A stretch of 57,884 bases of DNA, the filler included, from Sphacelaria rigidula (taxonomy: Eukaryota): assembly GCA_964200075.2 (NCBI GenBank). It is 9 parts of 9 records of this genome, joined end to end, with 100 filler letters (N's around TTAATTAATTAA, not from the genome) between each part and the next. Parts side by side here need not be neighbours in the genome. Positions count along the whole stretch, not along the records: positions 32,216 to 38,558 come from CAXNAA020020654.1; positions 38,659 to 45,000 come from CAXNAA020020655.1; positions 45,101 to 51,442 come from CAXNAA020020656.1; 6 more parts are not named here. The stretch is one strand, 5' to 3'. The notes below the pieces were generated by a model, which was given only the letters and a program-made list of their open reading frames with translations, was not told the origin of the DNA and did no database searches. Of this stretch, positions 34,108 to 46,119 are shown in pieces. A program made the translations under genes and the position numbers. Every line of letters starts with the position of its first letter. Positions within the stretch are counted from its first letter, which is position 1.

Positions 34108-37064
34108 TTCCAACCAGTTTCAAGTCTATACGCATCGTCGAGCAGAGAGAGACTTGCATGGCGATATTCATATTGTTCTCCTTCTCGGTGTAGGTGTTGG
34201 GAGTACATTCATGACTGAAGGTTTGTGTACACATTTGACGCAGGCTTGCTGTGTTTTTTTTCTTCACCATGCTACGCTTGAATTCGTGCCATTAAAGGAG
34301 GACCACTCCACGCCCACCCTAAACCCCCACCCTCACATCCGCGGCCTGCGCCCCCTCTCCGCANNNNNNNNNNTTTTCTTCCCCCTACACCGCTTGGGTT
34401 CTGCCCTTTAAAAGAGGCCCCCCCCCCCCCCCCCCCTCCCCCTCCCTCCCCTACCCGAAAGTTTGAGTGATCTAAGGTGCGTCTGTGGGGACCGGGCGCA
34501 GCAGGCAAAATTCCAGGATAGCTCGGTTCGATTATTCTCGTTGTCGTTGCCGGTGTAAGAAATAGTTATTTTCCAGGGACTCTGTTGGCCTGTGACGCTA
34601 CTGTCTCGGTCGAAGCGTAGGGTGGAGTGCGGCTGTGCGGTTTTGTTCGGTTCGCGCCGATATGCGTGAAAATTGAAGGGGATTTATTCGTTTTGTTTTT
34701 TAATTTCAATGATTTGTCACGATGATCCCTGTTGAAATCATTCGTCTTGGAAGGCCGCGCAAGCGTCTCCCTCCCCCCGAACACACACCAAACAGGTAGG
34801 TTGCTTGAATCGTCGTGTGGTTTGTCGGGCGTGTGAGCATGGGTGGTACAGTGTTGCGATAGCTGAAGTGATGGAGTGGTCCAACCGGACAGAATTAAAG
34901 TCTCGCGGAAACTTGTTAAAACGCCGAAAATTTGCTTGTTTTTTTCGCGTTCACTGTTATGGCTTTCCATTTGTTGTATTTCAAGTATCCAGTGGCGGGC
35001 CGGGCCCCTCTGCACGATTATGCTGTACTCAGATAGTTTGTCTTCGAATTATTAGCGGTCGCGGAGATCCGTCGACCGCAGTATATTACCTAGTTGAAGT
35101 TGAAAGGATTGAAATGATGAGGAAGCAGTTGAGTACAAATCGCTGCCACCTCGAGTTGGTCCTGAGTTGTTGATATGCCCGCCACGATTACATACGGGGA
35201 TGCGATTGATCATGCTGTAGCTTTTTTTTATTGTTTCATGTCTGCGAGAGGACAAATTACCGGTAGTCACGTAGGTGAAGTTGTACAAGGCATCGTTTCT
35301 GCTGTGTTGACAGATAGTCTACAATATCATCGTTTCAGTTGTATCGGTAGAGTTAATTGGCCATGACCAATGCAAGGTTAATCAAGTGTTTGGGTCGGAT
35401 GTTTCCGTTGCCTCGTGCACGTTCATCTGTCGTCATGAAGTCCTAGGGCTCACAACCTGAAGGCATATCTGACCCTGTTTCTCGTTCCCAAGAAGTTCGT
35501 GAGCACACACATGTCTAGCCCATCGTTTGTGCTTGCGTTCTGTGCTGAGTCGTTCTGACACGGTGTAAATGCTATAGGCCGAGGATTCTATTGTATTGAG
35601 GATATATAGTTTTCATTCGGCATTGTTTCGTGTTTCACTTTGCTGGAAGATTTCTCGTTTTATTTCCGTGTATTGACGGGATTTTTCTCTTGTTCCCTCG
35701 TTTTTTTTTCTTCTCTTCGGTTTTTGTGAACTGGTTTCATTATTCGTTTCACATGTGAGATGTTCGGGTGAAAAGTTGACTATCAAGACTAAATATATAT
35801 ATATTTTGTGCCCCCTCGCTAGCGTTGCTTTTGCCGCAGTTGGAGTACATGATTGTGGGCAGCGGCATGCAGCAACGCCACGAGCGTTCTGATTGCGTGG
35901 GCCCCCGACGTGGATGTTTCACGAATTACTAATATGTAATCTTGGAGCACATGATATAATTAAGGATGGGAGGTAGCGCACCTGACCCGTTGAAATCCTA
36001 TAAATGTACGAGTACAGGATGCTTGTAGACCTTCTGGGCTACCCAAGTACCACTGGCATTTTGTAGATTTGCCATGTTTCCGTAGATTTGCTGGACTTCT
36101 AAACTGGTCAGATGTGACTACCGTCGTCCTGCTTACAAAAAGGCGATTGCGTCTTGTACGATGTCGAGTGTACACTAAGTTGACTATTGTACTCTGATGG
36201 TGACGCCATCAGTCTTCTCAGGCCCGCGCGCAAAGGGGAGGAGAGGGGGAGGGGGGCGGGGGTTAGGCTCAACACAAGGGAGAGTAGTAGTAGCCTTTGG
36301 CTTGCCTGATGTCTGTTGAGAGCACGAGGTGTTGATGCGGAGGCGGGTAGGCAAAGCGTGCGGGGAAATTGCTCAGCATTTCGATCGTTGAGCAATGCTA
36401 CGGTAGGGGAGCACTTTTTTTGCGAAATGTTGTCTGGTTCAGGGGCTCCTGACGATTCTAGACTCACAAGATTATGGGTCAGAGCATGCCCGTTTGCAGA
36501 TTTATTCGGGATACCCCCAGCACATTGTAACGGTAATCCTGGCGTACTCTCGCATATTTTCAGAAGTCGTGTTTTGGATGAGATGAAGGGCTCCTAACAA
36601 TTCTAACCTCGAAAAAAAAATTGTGTCCCCCTACCGCAGCATCAATTTGTTGGAACTTGTGTGTGCTGAGGGACCAAGATCCGACCCCAAGGCGACTGAT
36701 GAATGGTTTTGATGGATTGTTGCACATTCAATTGATCCCCAGGGATCCAGCTGTGGTCACGTATGAAGACGAGCCCGAGATCTTGTTCAACAATACGGAA
36801 ACACTTGCGGAAGGAAAATAAAGAACAGAGAATGAAGCTAAATATTGGAAAAACTACACGTGGTCGGCCTCTGCAACATGGCTTGCGGTGGAGAAGGTTT
36901 CACGATTCGCACGGACATAATCGTGATTATACTCATGTTCAACATTTGGATGAAACAATCATACAATTTGTAAACACAAGATGTGACTTGTGCATTTTTT
37001 GAGTCCGTGGTTCGTACGACACCACGTGGAGTGTATACATTCCCAGTTCGTGATTCGTCCGGTA

Positions 37065-38300
37065 CGCCGTCGAAGGTACATGTTTCCCACGTTCCATTCT
37101 TCGTATGGTGTGGATCATAGGTACGTCTTTCCCAATTTCATTTCACTCACCATGAATCATATGCACGCGTTCCCCACCTCCCGTTCATACGAGGTGAATC
37201 AGGCGTACATGATTCCCAATTTCCGTTCATGCAGCATGAATAATTGTACATACACGTATCCGGCCTTCGAATCATACAAGGTGAATCAAGCGTGCATGCT
37301 TCTCCATTTCTAGATATGCGGCATGAATCGTACGTACATGTTCCCGACCTTCCATTCATAGAAGGTGGATCAAGAATGCAGCATAATAAGTTGTACGTAC
37401 ATGTTCCCCACCTTCGGTTCACATGATATGAGTCATGTGAACATCTTGTTTCCCAACTGTCATCTCATGCGGGGCGCGACTCTTCGGTTGCGCGGCCCTT
37501 TTGCAGGTGGGGGTAGGCCAATAAAAGCGTACAGGTCGCGAACCCCCTGAGAGCCAAATCCGCAACACACCCAATTTCGGATTTTGTACTCGGTCACGTA
37601 ACACATGATAATATGCAGTATTTGCCCCCCACACTAGGCTATTTACAGCCTTTATTGCGATTTCATACTGTGTTCTGTGGTACAGTTGACCTGAACATGC
37701 TGTAGACAATGCCACGAACACTTGCGAAGAACATGGCACCAGCACGAGTCGTCCTTGCACACTCTCGGGACTTTTTCCGGGAAAACTCCGGCAGCGTACT
37801 CTACAGCCCGCGGACAGTACGGTACAGCATGGCACAGCACGCATCTGCGCGCGTAGAATGATTCTTGTAGCTCTTCATTTTCCTTTGATTCACACAGCGT
37901 GAATCCCATGATTCATGTACATGCTTTCCACCTTGCGTTCGTGAGTATGAATCATAGATGCATGTTTTCTACCGTCCATTTATACGAGGTGAATGAAGGG
38001 TATATTATGAATACCGACCTCCTTTCATTCATGCAGCATGAATCACAGGCATACGCTCTGCACCTGCCATTCATACGAGTTGAATCATACGTACATGCTT
38101 CTCGATTCCCGTTCATGTGGCATGAACTATACGCACATGATCTCCGCCTGACATCCATACGAGGTAAATCAAGCGTACATGTTTCCCAATCTCCGTTCAT
38201 GCAGCATGAATCATACGTACATTTTCCCCACCTTCTATTCATACGAGATGAATCGTTCACAGGGGATGAATCGAGTATACATGTTTTCTACCCATGATTC
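37065..38300. repeat. Diverged 42-bp minisatellite (alternating A/B units) in two blocks, ~37065-37465 and ~37898-38300
   Basis: Units such as GTAAATCAAGCGTACATGTTTCCCAATCTCCGTTCATGCAGC and ATGAATCATACGTACATTTTCCCCACCTTCTATTCATACGAG; ORF translations show 14-aa periodicity. Confidence 0.85.
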
Positions 38301-39758
38301 ATAGAGGAATTGTGACTCGTAAATATTTTCCACTCTTGATCCGTGTACACTCTGAGTAGTCCGATCCACGGAAGGTTTAGTGCGAAAAGTACACCCTCGT
38401 TCCCAATCGAAGAAAAAACAAAAAGTGGTGTGAACATACAACAGCGGATCCTGGAAAATGCGGTCCATCTCAAAAATGAACATCAATTAACAGCCGATTT
38501 TATATTTTGGGGTTCAAACAAAATATGGGGCTGAAGTGGCATATCTATCTTGCACGAANNNNNNNNNNNNNNNNNNNNNNNNNNNNNNNNNNNNNNNNNN
38601 NNTTAATTAATTAANNNNNNNNNNNNNNNNNNNNNNNNNNNNNNNNNNNNNNNNNNNNTACAGCATCGTTTCCGATGAAACACAGTTCACACCCGCCCAA
38701 CCCCTTGTGGACTGTACAGTCCAGATAGCACCGTACACGCGCAGCCCAGATAGCACAGATGAGTACACCATTACGAGTACACGGCAGGCTGGGGAGGCTC
38801 CGTACATGTCCAGTTTGCCGTCGCCCATCTAGTACAGATTCGGGCCAGTACAGTATCGATTCGGATGCTGCACAGTTCACACCTACCCGACCCCGTCGCC
38901 CGTACAGTACTCCCAGCACAGTCCACACCCATCCGCCTCGGCCCTTTGCCGCTGGTACAGTACACTGGGAAGCGCAGCACAGTACAAGCGCCGACGAGAT
39001 GCGGCACCGCACAAGTCCTTATGGCTTTCAGCCGCCTGTAGAGTAAAGAGTGGGACCGGCACAAGCACACGTCCACCCAGTCCTTCGACGCCCACACAGC
39101 ATAGGTGGGGGCGTTAGCACAGTACACGTGCGGATGACGCGACGTACACGTCCGTACAGTCCTCACCACATAGTACACGCTCACTCGGCTCGTCCTTTCG
39201 CCGCCGATACAGTACACCTTGGAGCGTAGCACAGGATCAGTGTCACCGAATCGCGGCACTGCACAAGCCCACCTAGCCTTCAGCCGCCGGTCGAGTACAA
39301 CCCGGGACCGGCACAAACACACGCCAGCCCGGTTCTTAGCCGCCCACACTGTACAGGTGGGGGCGTAACAGTACACATGGGATGACGCGAAGCGCAGCAC
39401 TCGCTCGTTTTTTTACCCACGAAGCACCACAGAGCCCTATGTTATGCCAGAAACCCTGCAAACTGCAGTACGCTGAACCCCGACTCAACACGTGACGGTC
39501 CCACAACGTCCATACCGCCCGCTCAGACGTGTTTCGTACCCGTCCAGTCAACCCCTCCATACCAAGTCTGTCTGACACAGCTCATGCGCAGTACTCCGCA
39601 TTTGTACACGCGGTTTGTGAGCACACCAGTCCACCAAGTCTGCTACGTGAAAGCGCGACCGATCCAGCCTGAGAGTTCGACAGCACAACAACAGCCACAC
39701 GACCCGTTCGCCCGATCCGTCCCATGCTGTATCCCCAACTATGTAGTTTGAGCTGAAG

Positions 39759-40529
39759 ATGAGCCAAGCAGCAGCGGACGCTCATCCCCTTAAAGATGCA
39801 CGCTTCACGCCCCTCACGCGAGTCACGGATCAACTCGACACCATGTTCGCCCACCTAGCTGCGATGGAGCGGCTGGCTGAGGGGCAGCCCTTACTCCGTC
39901 GCGAGATGGAGTGGGTGCGGAACCTCCGCAATGATGTTGAGGACAGTCTCGCGCGGCGCTCGCCGGCGTTAACTGCCCTGCTCCTCAACAAACGGTTTGG
40001 TGCCACCTCCTCCCGGCGCTCGCCGGCCGCGAACAGGGCCCTCCAAGCAGAGATAAAGGAGATCGCGACATCCATGGGCGGTAAGCACACTGCCCTGGAG
40101 ACCGCCCCGGGTTGGTGCCCAGACATTCGTGCTGGGGGTGGGCCGAGGGTTCTGCTGAGCCCGCCGACCCAGTACCCCTCCCCTTACCATGTACAGCCGC
40201 CACCCATACATCCACGCCTGCCCTACCAGCAGGCGCCATTTTCTGGCGCCGCCAACCACTATGGCCCCAGTGAACCTTACGCGGTGGGGGGGCGGGGAGG
40301 GAGGCGACAACGAAATACCCGCGTCGGCGGTAGAGGAGGAGGCCGAGCAGGTCCCGGGAGAGGCAGTGGCCGGGGCTCAGGAGCACCACCCCAGTGCCAA
40401 AAATGCACGGACGCGGGTCAACCCGCAAACCATTTATATGTTCACTGCCCGCTGACAGTCTGTTGGCAATGCGCAAAACCGGGACACCTCGCTAAGCACT
40501 GCCCCGGATATGGTAGAATTGAAGTCTGA
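39759..40529 (+). CDS. DIRS gag-like protein, C-terminal part with zinc knuckles
   Basis: RGG-rich tract, then CQKCTDAGQPANHLYVHC and the CCHC knuckle CWQCAKPGHLAKHC. Confidence 0.8.
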   Translation: MSQAAADAHPLKDARFTPLTRVTDQLDTMFAHLAAMERLAEGQPLLRREMEWVRNLRNDVEDSLARRSPALTALLLNKRFGATSSRRSPAANRALQAEIKEIATSMGGKHTALETAPGWCPDIRAGGGPRVLLSPPTQYPSPYHVQPPPIHPRLPYQQAPFSGAANHYGPSEPYAVGGRGGRRQRNTRVGGRGGGRAGPGRGSGRGSGAPPQCQKCTDAGQPANHLYVHCPLTVCWQCAKPGHLAKHCPGYGRIEV

Positions 40530-41449
40530 TTTGTTCAAGATAGTACAGGGTTACCACACCCTGTTTACGGTAGCTTCTGCGACAGGACACTAGGAACGTG
40601 CCGACTCCAGCCTGCACATGTCCTGTTTCATAGGTTAATAGGCAAGACATATCTTGCGTACAGTTTTCAAGAGATGGAATAAACATGAACTGAATACTGT
40701 TTGCTGCTCTGTTGCCCCGATGGCAAGTTCGGCTCGGTTTATTTGTACCACGCGACACATGATGGAGCCCGGTTCGGCGACAGGCCGAACCCACCGCTGT
40801 ATTGCAGAATACCCGAGCGACAGTTTTACTTTCCCCCGCAACAGACAAACATTACACTCTCCTCTCGAAACACCACACCCCGCGCAGCTTGTTCATGTCC
40901 TCTGTATCCTATGAGTACTGAAAAGAAAACCAAGTCGCGGTAACCCAGTCCACTACAGTTGATCCCAAAGTGTCATGTTCACCCTCAAGATGAAATGAGT
41001 GCCGGATGATCTGAAAACGTCATCATCCGACATAACGCAGCCCCAATGCCCCGCCTGCAACCCTTTGAACCTCGCTTTCACTCGTGGCTTGGACTCTGGT
41101 GCGCAGTGGGATACGTGGAAGCGCTCGCTTTGAAAAAAAACAAAAACTGAAATTTCTGTTGGGTCCAAAATATCTATACATACACGACACGTCCGTCCAA
41201 CGATTTTGTATTTGGTTGTATGCTATACGCGTCTACAGGACCAACCAGGCCTGATAGCGTTTCTGGCAGAAAGATCCAGACGTTCGAACGCGGTGCATAC
41301 ATATTTTCGTACGGACCAAACGGATATACGAGGAAATCGAGCTTCAGCCCATAGCGAGTGCATGATCCAGGATCCCTCTGAGAACCAGATCCAGGAAGGC
41401 TGGGTATCAGGAGAACCGCCCCAAGCCCCACGACAAGCCCCCGTAAACA

Positions 41450-42345
41450 ACGAGAAAGGCTTTTTTCCAGGACATCTGAGCACGGCAGTCCCGTTCTGGG
41501 AAGAGGTCATTTTAAAGGACCACATGCAACCCAACTTGTTATTGTCGTGAATTAACGGCGTAGACATACACAAATTCGTCGACAAATCAACGGCAGGAAG
41601 TTTCCAAGGACGCCCCTTTCACGGCGCTGACCTCACGGGTGTGGAGTTACCCAACCACGTGAATCCAGAACACGAACTGTTTGTCGACTGCAAGATCAGA
41701 AAACTTCTCGATAAGGGCTGCGCGTTGCGATGGGCGGAGATAGTAGACGTTCACGCACAACCCAAGCCACGTATGTCTCTCCCGCTCGGAGTAGAGCCGT
41801 CGAAACCACGATTAATCTGGGACGGCCGTTGGCTGACCCTCATGTGCAAGGATATGCCATTCAAGATGGACGGAGTAGGAAAGGTGGCCCAATGCTCGTG
41901 GCAAGGCGCTTCCCAGGTTACGATGGACCACAAATCAGGTTTTCACCATGTGCCCCTCGACCCCACATCGTGGGAGAACTTCGGTTTTCAGTGGAAAGGC
42001 GACTATTACGTCTGGACGGTCCTCTGTTTTGGTTGGTGCAGTTCCCCCTACATCTACCACACCCTGAGCGAGGCGGAGGCACAATACCTACGATCCCGAC
42101 ATGTACCAGTACTGGCGTGGATAGACTATTTCTGGCTGACGGGAGACCGCTCGACAAAACATGACCCACCTAACACGCAAAAACAGGCAACAAGCTCAGC
42201 AGCCCGCATGGCGCTGTCAGTCTTTTATCACTGTGGATACTTCATGCCCGTCTCGAAATGCCAGCTAGAACCCACTACGAAAATTTTGTTCTTGGGGAAT
42301 TCTGTGCGACACAGACAACTGCCGGTTCGAAGTCCCCTAAGATAA
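41450..42345 (+). pseudogene. DIRS reverse transcriptase (inactivated)
   Basis: KPRLIWDGRWL, TMDHKSGFHHV, LCFGWCSSPYIY, ILFLG; the xxDD motif reads WIDY (second Asp lost); stop at 41548 and frameshift near 42300. Confidence 0.92.
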
Positions 42346-43040
42346 GCTCGTCAAGTTAGAGCGCATGTTAGACGACGCCTTTGCTACCGGAACCATCACG
42401 TTCACCATGCTTGAGAAGCTGGCGGGGAAGTGCACAGGCATGTCAGTTGCAGTGCCAGCAGCCAGCTTGTACACGTTTCACATGTACAAACAGATCACGA
42501 TATATATACAGAAAAACGGGAGGAAATCATATCACAGCAACGGTAGCGCTCTCTATCAATGGTGGTCTTCGAAACGAGATAGCTACATGGCGGACACTAA
42601 GAGACAACATGAATGGGGCGGCCTGGTACAGCCCTAGTCACTACATTATCGCCATAAACGGCGCCACAGATGCCTCCTCGCTTGCATGGGGGGGCATTGT
42701 TCGAGGCCCCTCTGGCGTCGCCTTTACAGCGGCCGCCGAATTTCCCGCCGAACGGGTGACAGCACACATCAGTGTCGAGGAAACGTTTGCATTGCACGAG
42801 GTCCTTAGACTGTTCTTCTTAGAGCAAGCTGATCAAGTGGCGGGGACTAGTCTGTCAACAGATGTCGACAACAAAACCATGTACCACGCCTTCAAGAAAA
42901 GTAAAGCCAGGGATGAACGCATGCACACCCTCATCCAAAAGCTCTCCTGGATGTAAGTCAGACAAGACTTCACACTCACGTTACGATGGGTAGACTCAAA
43001 GATGAACTCAGAGGCAGACAGCCTCTCAAGACCAGGGGCC
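42346..43040 (+). pseudogene. DIRS RT connection and RNase H domain
   Basis: ATDASSLAWGG, HISVEETFAL, DVDNKT, RWVDSKMNSEADSLSR; stop at 42954. Confidence 0.88.
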
Positions 43041-43618
43041 AACGAGCACGTGCGACTGAGAGCAGAATATTTTGACCAGTTATGGTTCGAGTGGGGCGGG
43101 TTCGACATGGACCTCATGGCATCCACAGTATCAGCCCAAAAGATTCCAATGAATGCACCGGGTGGAGGAACATCTGTCTTTTTACTCGAGATATCATACA
43201 GCAGGATCACACGGGGTAGACGTCCTTAGCTATGACGTTAGCCGCTCGTCATGTTGGACGCAGCAATGCTTCGGGTTTTGTTTCCCCCCCCCGGTGATGG
43301 TGCTCCGTCTCGAAAGGGATGCGTGGTCAATGGTCACACGACTAAGGCAAGCAACAAATGAGTACGCCCCCCCCCCGGGTGATGGTCGGAGTAGTGCTTC
43401 AGCACATCGCAGATTGCCACGCCCGTGCGGTGGTAGTGGTTCCAGCGAGACCGGCGTCGTGGTACCCTATGCTCACAGAAGCAGCCGTACGTACCGAGCT
43501 TGTATCTAGGAAAGGGGAGAATAGGCAGTTCTTCTGTACCCACCATCAACGAGGACAGGAGGCGTTCGTATTTCATAAATGGGATATGCACGCAATTGAA
43601 GTAGATCTCCAAGCCTGA
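43041..43618 (+). pseudogene. DIRS N6-adenine methyltransferase-like domain
   Basis: WGGFDMDLMAS; FYSRY...GVDVL; FCFPPP|VMVGVVLQHI...AVVVVP..ASWYPML; frameshifted and split by an 85-bp insertion. Confidence 0.75.
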
Positions 43619-43621
43619 TGA

Positions 43622-45000
43622 ATGAATGATATTCGGCATGACCCTTTATTGCAAAGTTTCACAAGAGATGCTCTGCCCTCTAAGACGACAATTACCACAC
43701 GAGAAGTATCTGAGAACCACCTGACGAATGCTCTTATCGCGAGACTATTCCAACACATCCAGGCGCTCCAAATTCTCCTCGCTTTGGTGCAACCGTTACT
43801 AGTACGGATAACAACGATACTTGCCCACCTAGGCTACAAGCGCAACCCGCCCAGCCACAGCTCGAGTACGACTCGAGTCTCCGCCTCGCGAGCAAGAGTG
43901 CTATGCCCCGACTGCCATGGGGAGAACGACGAAGATTTTCAATACTGTCAATGGTGCGGCACAAGGAGTTCGATACTGGCTACGAGAGTAACGCAAGAGG
44001 CGACATTAAAAATCGATGAGGAAGCTATATAGAAACGACACATTCAGTTTACGCTAGCCATGGCAGCGTCAGCCTCAGCAAAGAGACAGGATTCTACAAC
44101 AGAACTATCTAATAGATTCTTAGCTTCACGACCCGGGTCCGGCCCCAAATATTGGACCGCAGCGCAACCGACCGACATTGTAGCCTTTCTGTGCTGGCTT
44201 GATGCATGTGGGAAAAGACGTACGGCAGTACATGCTATATACTGCGCTGCAGTAGGTACCCCCGGACTCATCGACTACTCAACGCAACAAGGGGAATGTA
44301 CCTATAGATACGCACACGATTCCTTACGGACGAATTATACGTCGAAACTGGCGATGGCCTTCAAGAACGAGCTCGGAACGAACTCCGACTGGAACGATGC
44401 ACTACGGATAGGAAACCCAGTCCGCAGCAACCTCGTGGCACAATATGCGATGTTCATCAGGGAAGAACAGAAGAAAGCAGGAGTGCTAGTAAACCAAGCA
44501 CCGATTCTACTACACAGCCACCTTCTTGAATTCATCACCCCATTGAGGTCAGCTCTACAATGTACTAGAGACGCTAAGGAGCAGGTACTCCTGGCCCGAG
44601 ACATCGCCCTGTTCACAGTAGCATTTAGCACCACTAAGCGCGGCGACGAGCTCACAAGGACCCTCATCCAACGCATTCTCAGACTCCCCAACCACAGTGG
44701 TTTCATGTTCAACTTCCAATGGGGGAAAACACTACGAGGAGGCGCAGACCATCTACTCACTGTACCGTACGATGAGCTCTACCCCGCGACATGCCCTGTC
44801 CGACCAGTGGAGCAATGGGTGAAGGTAGGGACATCAATGGGTCGGAATATGACCCAAGGCTATCTCTTTCCCTAGATTGACACGTCGACAACAACCCCGA
44901 CACGAGGTTCGACACCGATGCCGGCCGCTCAGATGACGGCGACCCTCAGACAACGAGGAAAGGATGCTGGAATAAAGTGCCCGTTCTCTATGCATTCGTT
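43622..45000 (+). pseudogene. Tyrosine recombinase with N-terminal Zn ribbon and ALOG DNA-binding domain, truncated at the contig end
   Basis: CPDC..CQWC ribbon; ALOG-like DIVAFLCWLDACGKRRTAVH...GNPVRSNLVAQY...EEQKKAGV; catalytic RDIALF..TKRGDEL, WGKT, CPV and terminal MHS; same frame across stops at 44030 and 44873. Confidence 0.88.
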
Positions 45001-46119
45001 NNNNNNNNNNNNNNNNNNNNNNNNNNNNNNNNNNNNNNNNNNNNTTAATTAATTAANNNNNNNNNNNNNNNNNNNNNNNNNNNNNNNNNNNNNNNNNNNN
45101 GTTCGTCCTCTTCGTCGGCTGGGTGCGGTTCGGGTGCGTGTGTGTGGCTGGGGGGGTGGGGGGCGGGGGGGGGGAGGGATAGTCCTAGTGCCGTGATTTC
45201 CCGATGTGGGGCCCCTTGGTAGTTCGATAAGTTTTTCAATGTGGATTGACCGTACATGATGGGGCGGGCGGGGGTGGGGGGTGGAAGCTTTTAGCTTGTA
45301 GCTTGCCGGGTGAGAGGCCAAAGCGTGCAATGCCCTGTGTCCAGAGGCTGAAATACTCTACTCCTGTATTATGTATCATGAGTGTAGGGGCATCTGTTGT
45401 TTTTGTACGTGAGTTAGGGTGTAGGTGCGCAGGTTGTGGCCTTCAACCTCAATGACTGATGAAGAGCTTAATTTTTCAGTTTAAAAAAAACTCAACAAAT
45501 TCGAATACCCAACTTGTCATCTTGTCCCCATGCTAGAAGGCGCGCCTCGCGAGGAGATACTGCCCCAACGCCATAACAAGAACGGGAATAAGCCGCATAC
45601 AGGGCGCATAATTTGCGCTGAAGAAGCTTACATGTATATATGTTCGAGCTTAATTAAAAAAACAAACAAACGCGCAAACAGAACTAAAGCCTAGAGCAGG
45701 GATGGTGGCAGGGAACAGTTGAGGTGTACATCCAAGTTGAGATGTACATCCAAGTTGGGTTTGAATTCATCGACCATTAAATTTCAGGATGGAGATTTGC
45801 ATCGTGGGTAAGACACCGGAACATGATATGTTCGTGTCCACGGCAGTTAGTCTAACTACGGCTGCATTCCTGAATCAAGTGCTTGAAATTGCGAAGCACT
45901 ATTCGCCCCACCAAGTTAGATTCCGATAACCGATCTTGTGAAGCTCTGTGGGCAAGAGCACTGTACCACTCACATGGCGCTCCGTGCGGTGCTAAAAAGT
46001 GCAACCGTCTCTGGTAGGGCGTGCTGTACTGACTGTCTAGTACCGAACATGCCGCAGATATTGCTGCGACGCACGGTTGAGAGGGCGAGCGGAGTGCCCG
46101 GTCGTTTGACAGACGGTCG

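Larger units (their letters stand above)
38659..45000 (+). mobile_element. Decayed DIRS1-type tyrosine-recombinase retrotransposon, ALOG-domain class; fills the whole contig, both ends missing
   Basis: Ordered gag (zinc knuckles) - RT - RNase H - adenine-methylase-like - Zn ribbon/ALOG/tyrosine recombinase. Confidence 0.93.

Noticed and set aside
32030..34450. Long poly-C/poly-G tracts as G-quadruplex elements
   Set aside because: They sit at contig ends and near gaps (including the 10-N gap at 34364-34373), where base calls are unreliable.
37065..38300. CRISPR array or repeat protein
   Set aside because: Head-to-tail diverged 42-bp units without unique spacers; no frame is consistently maintained.
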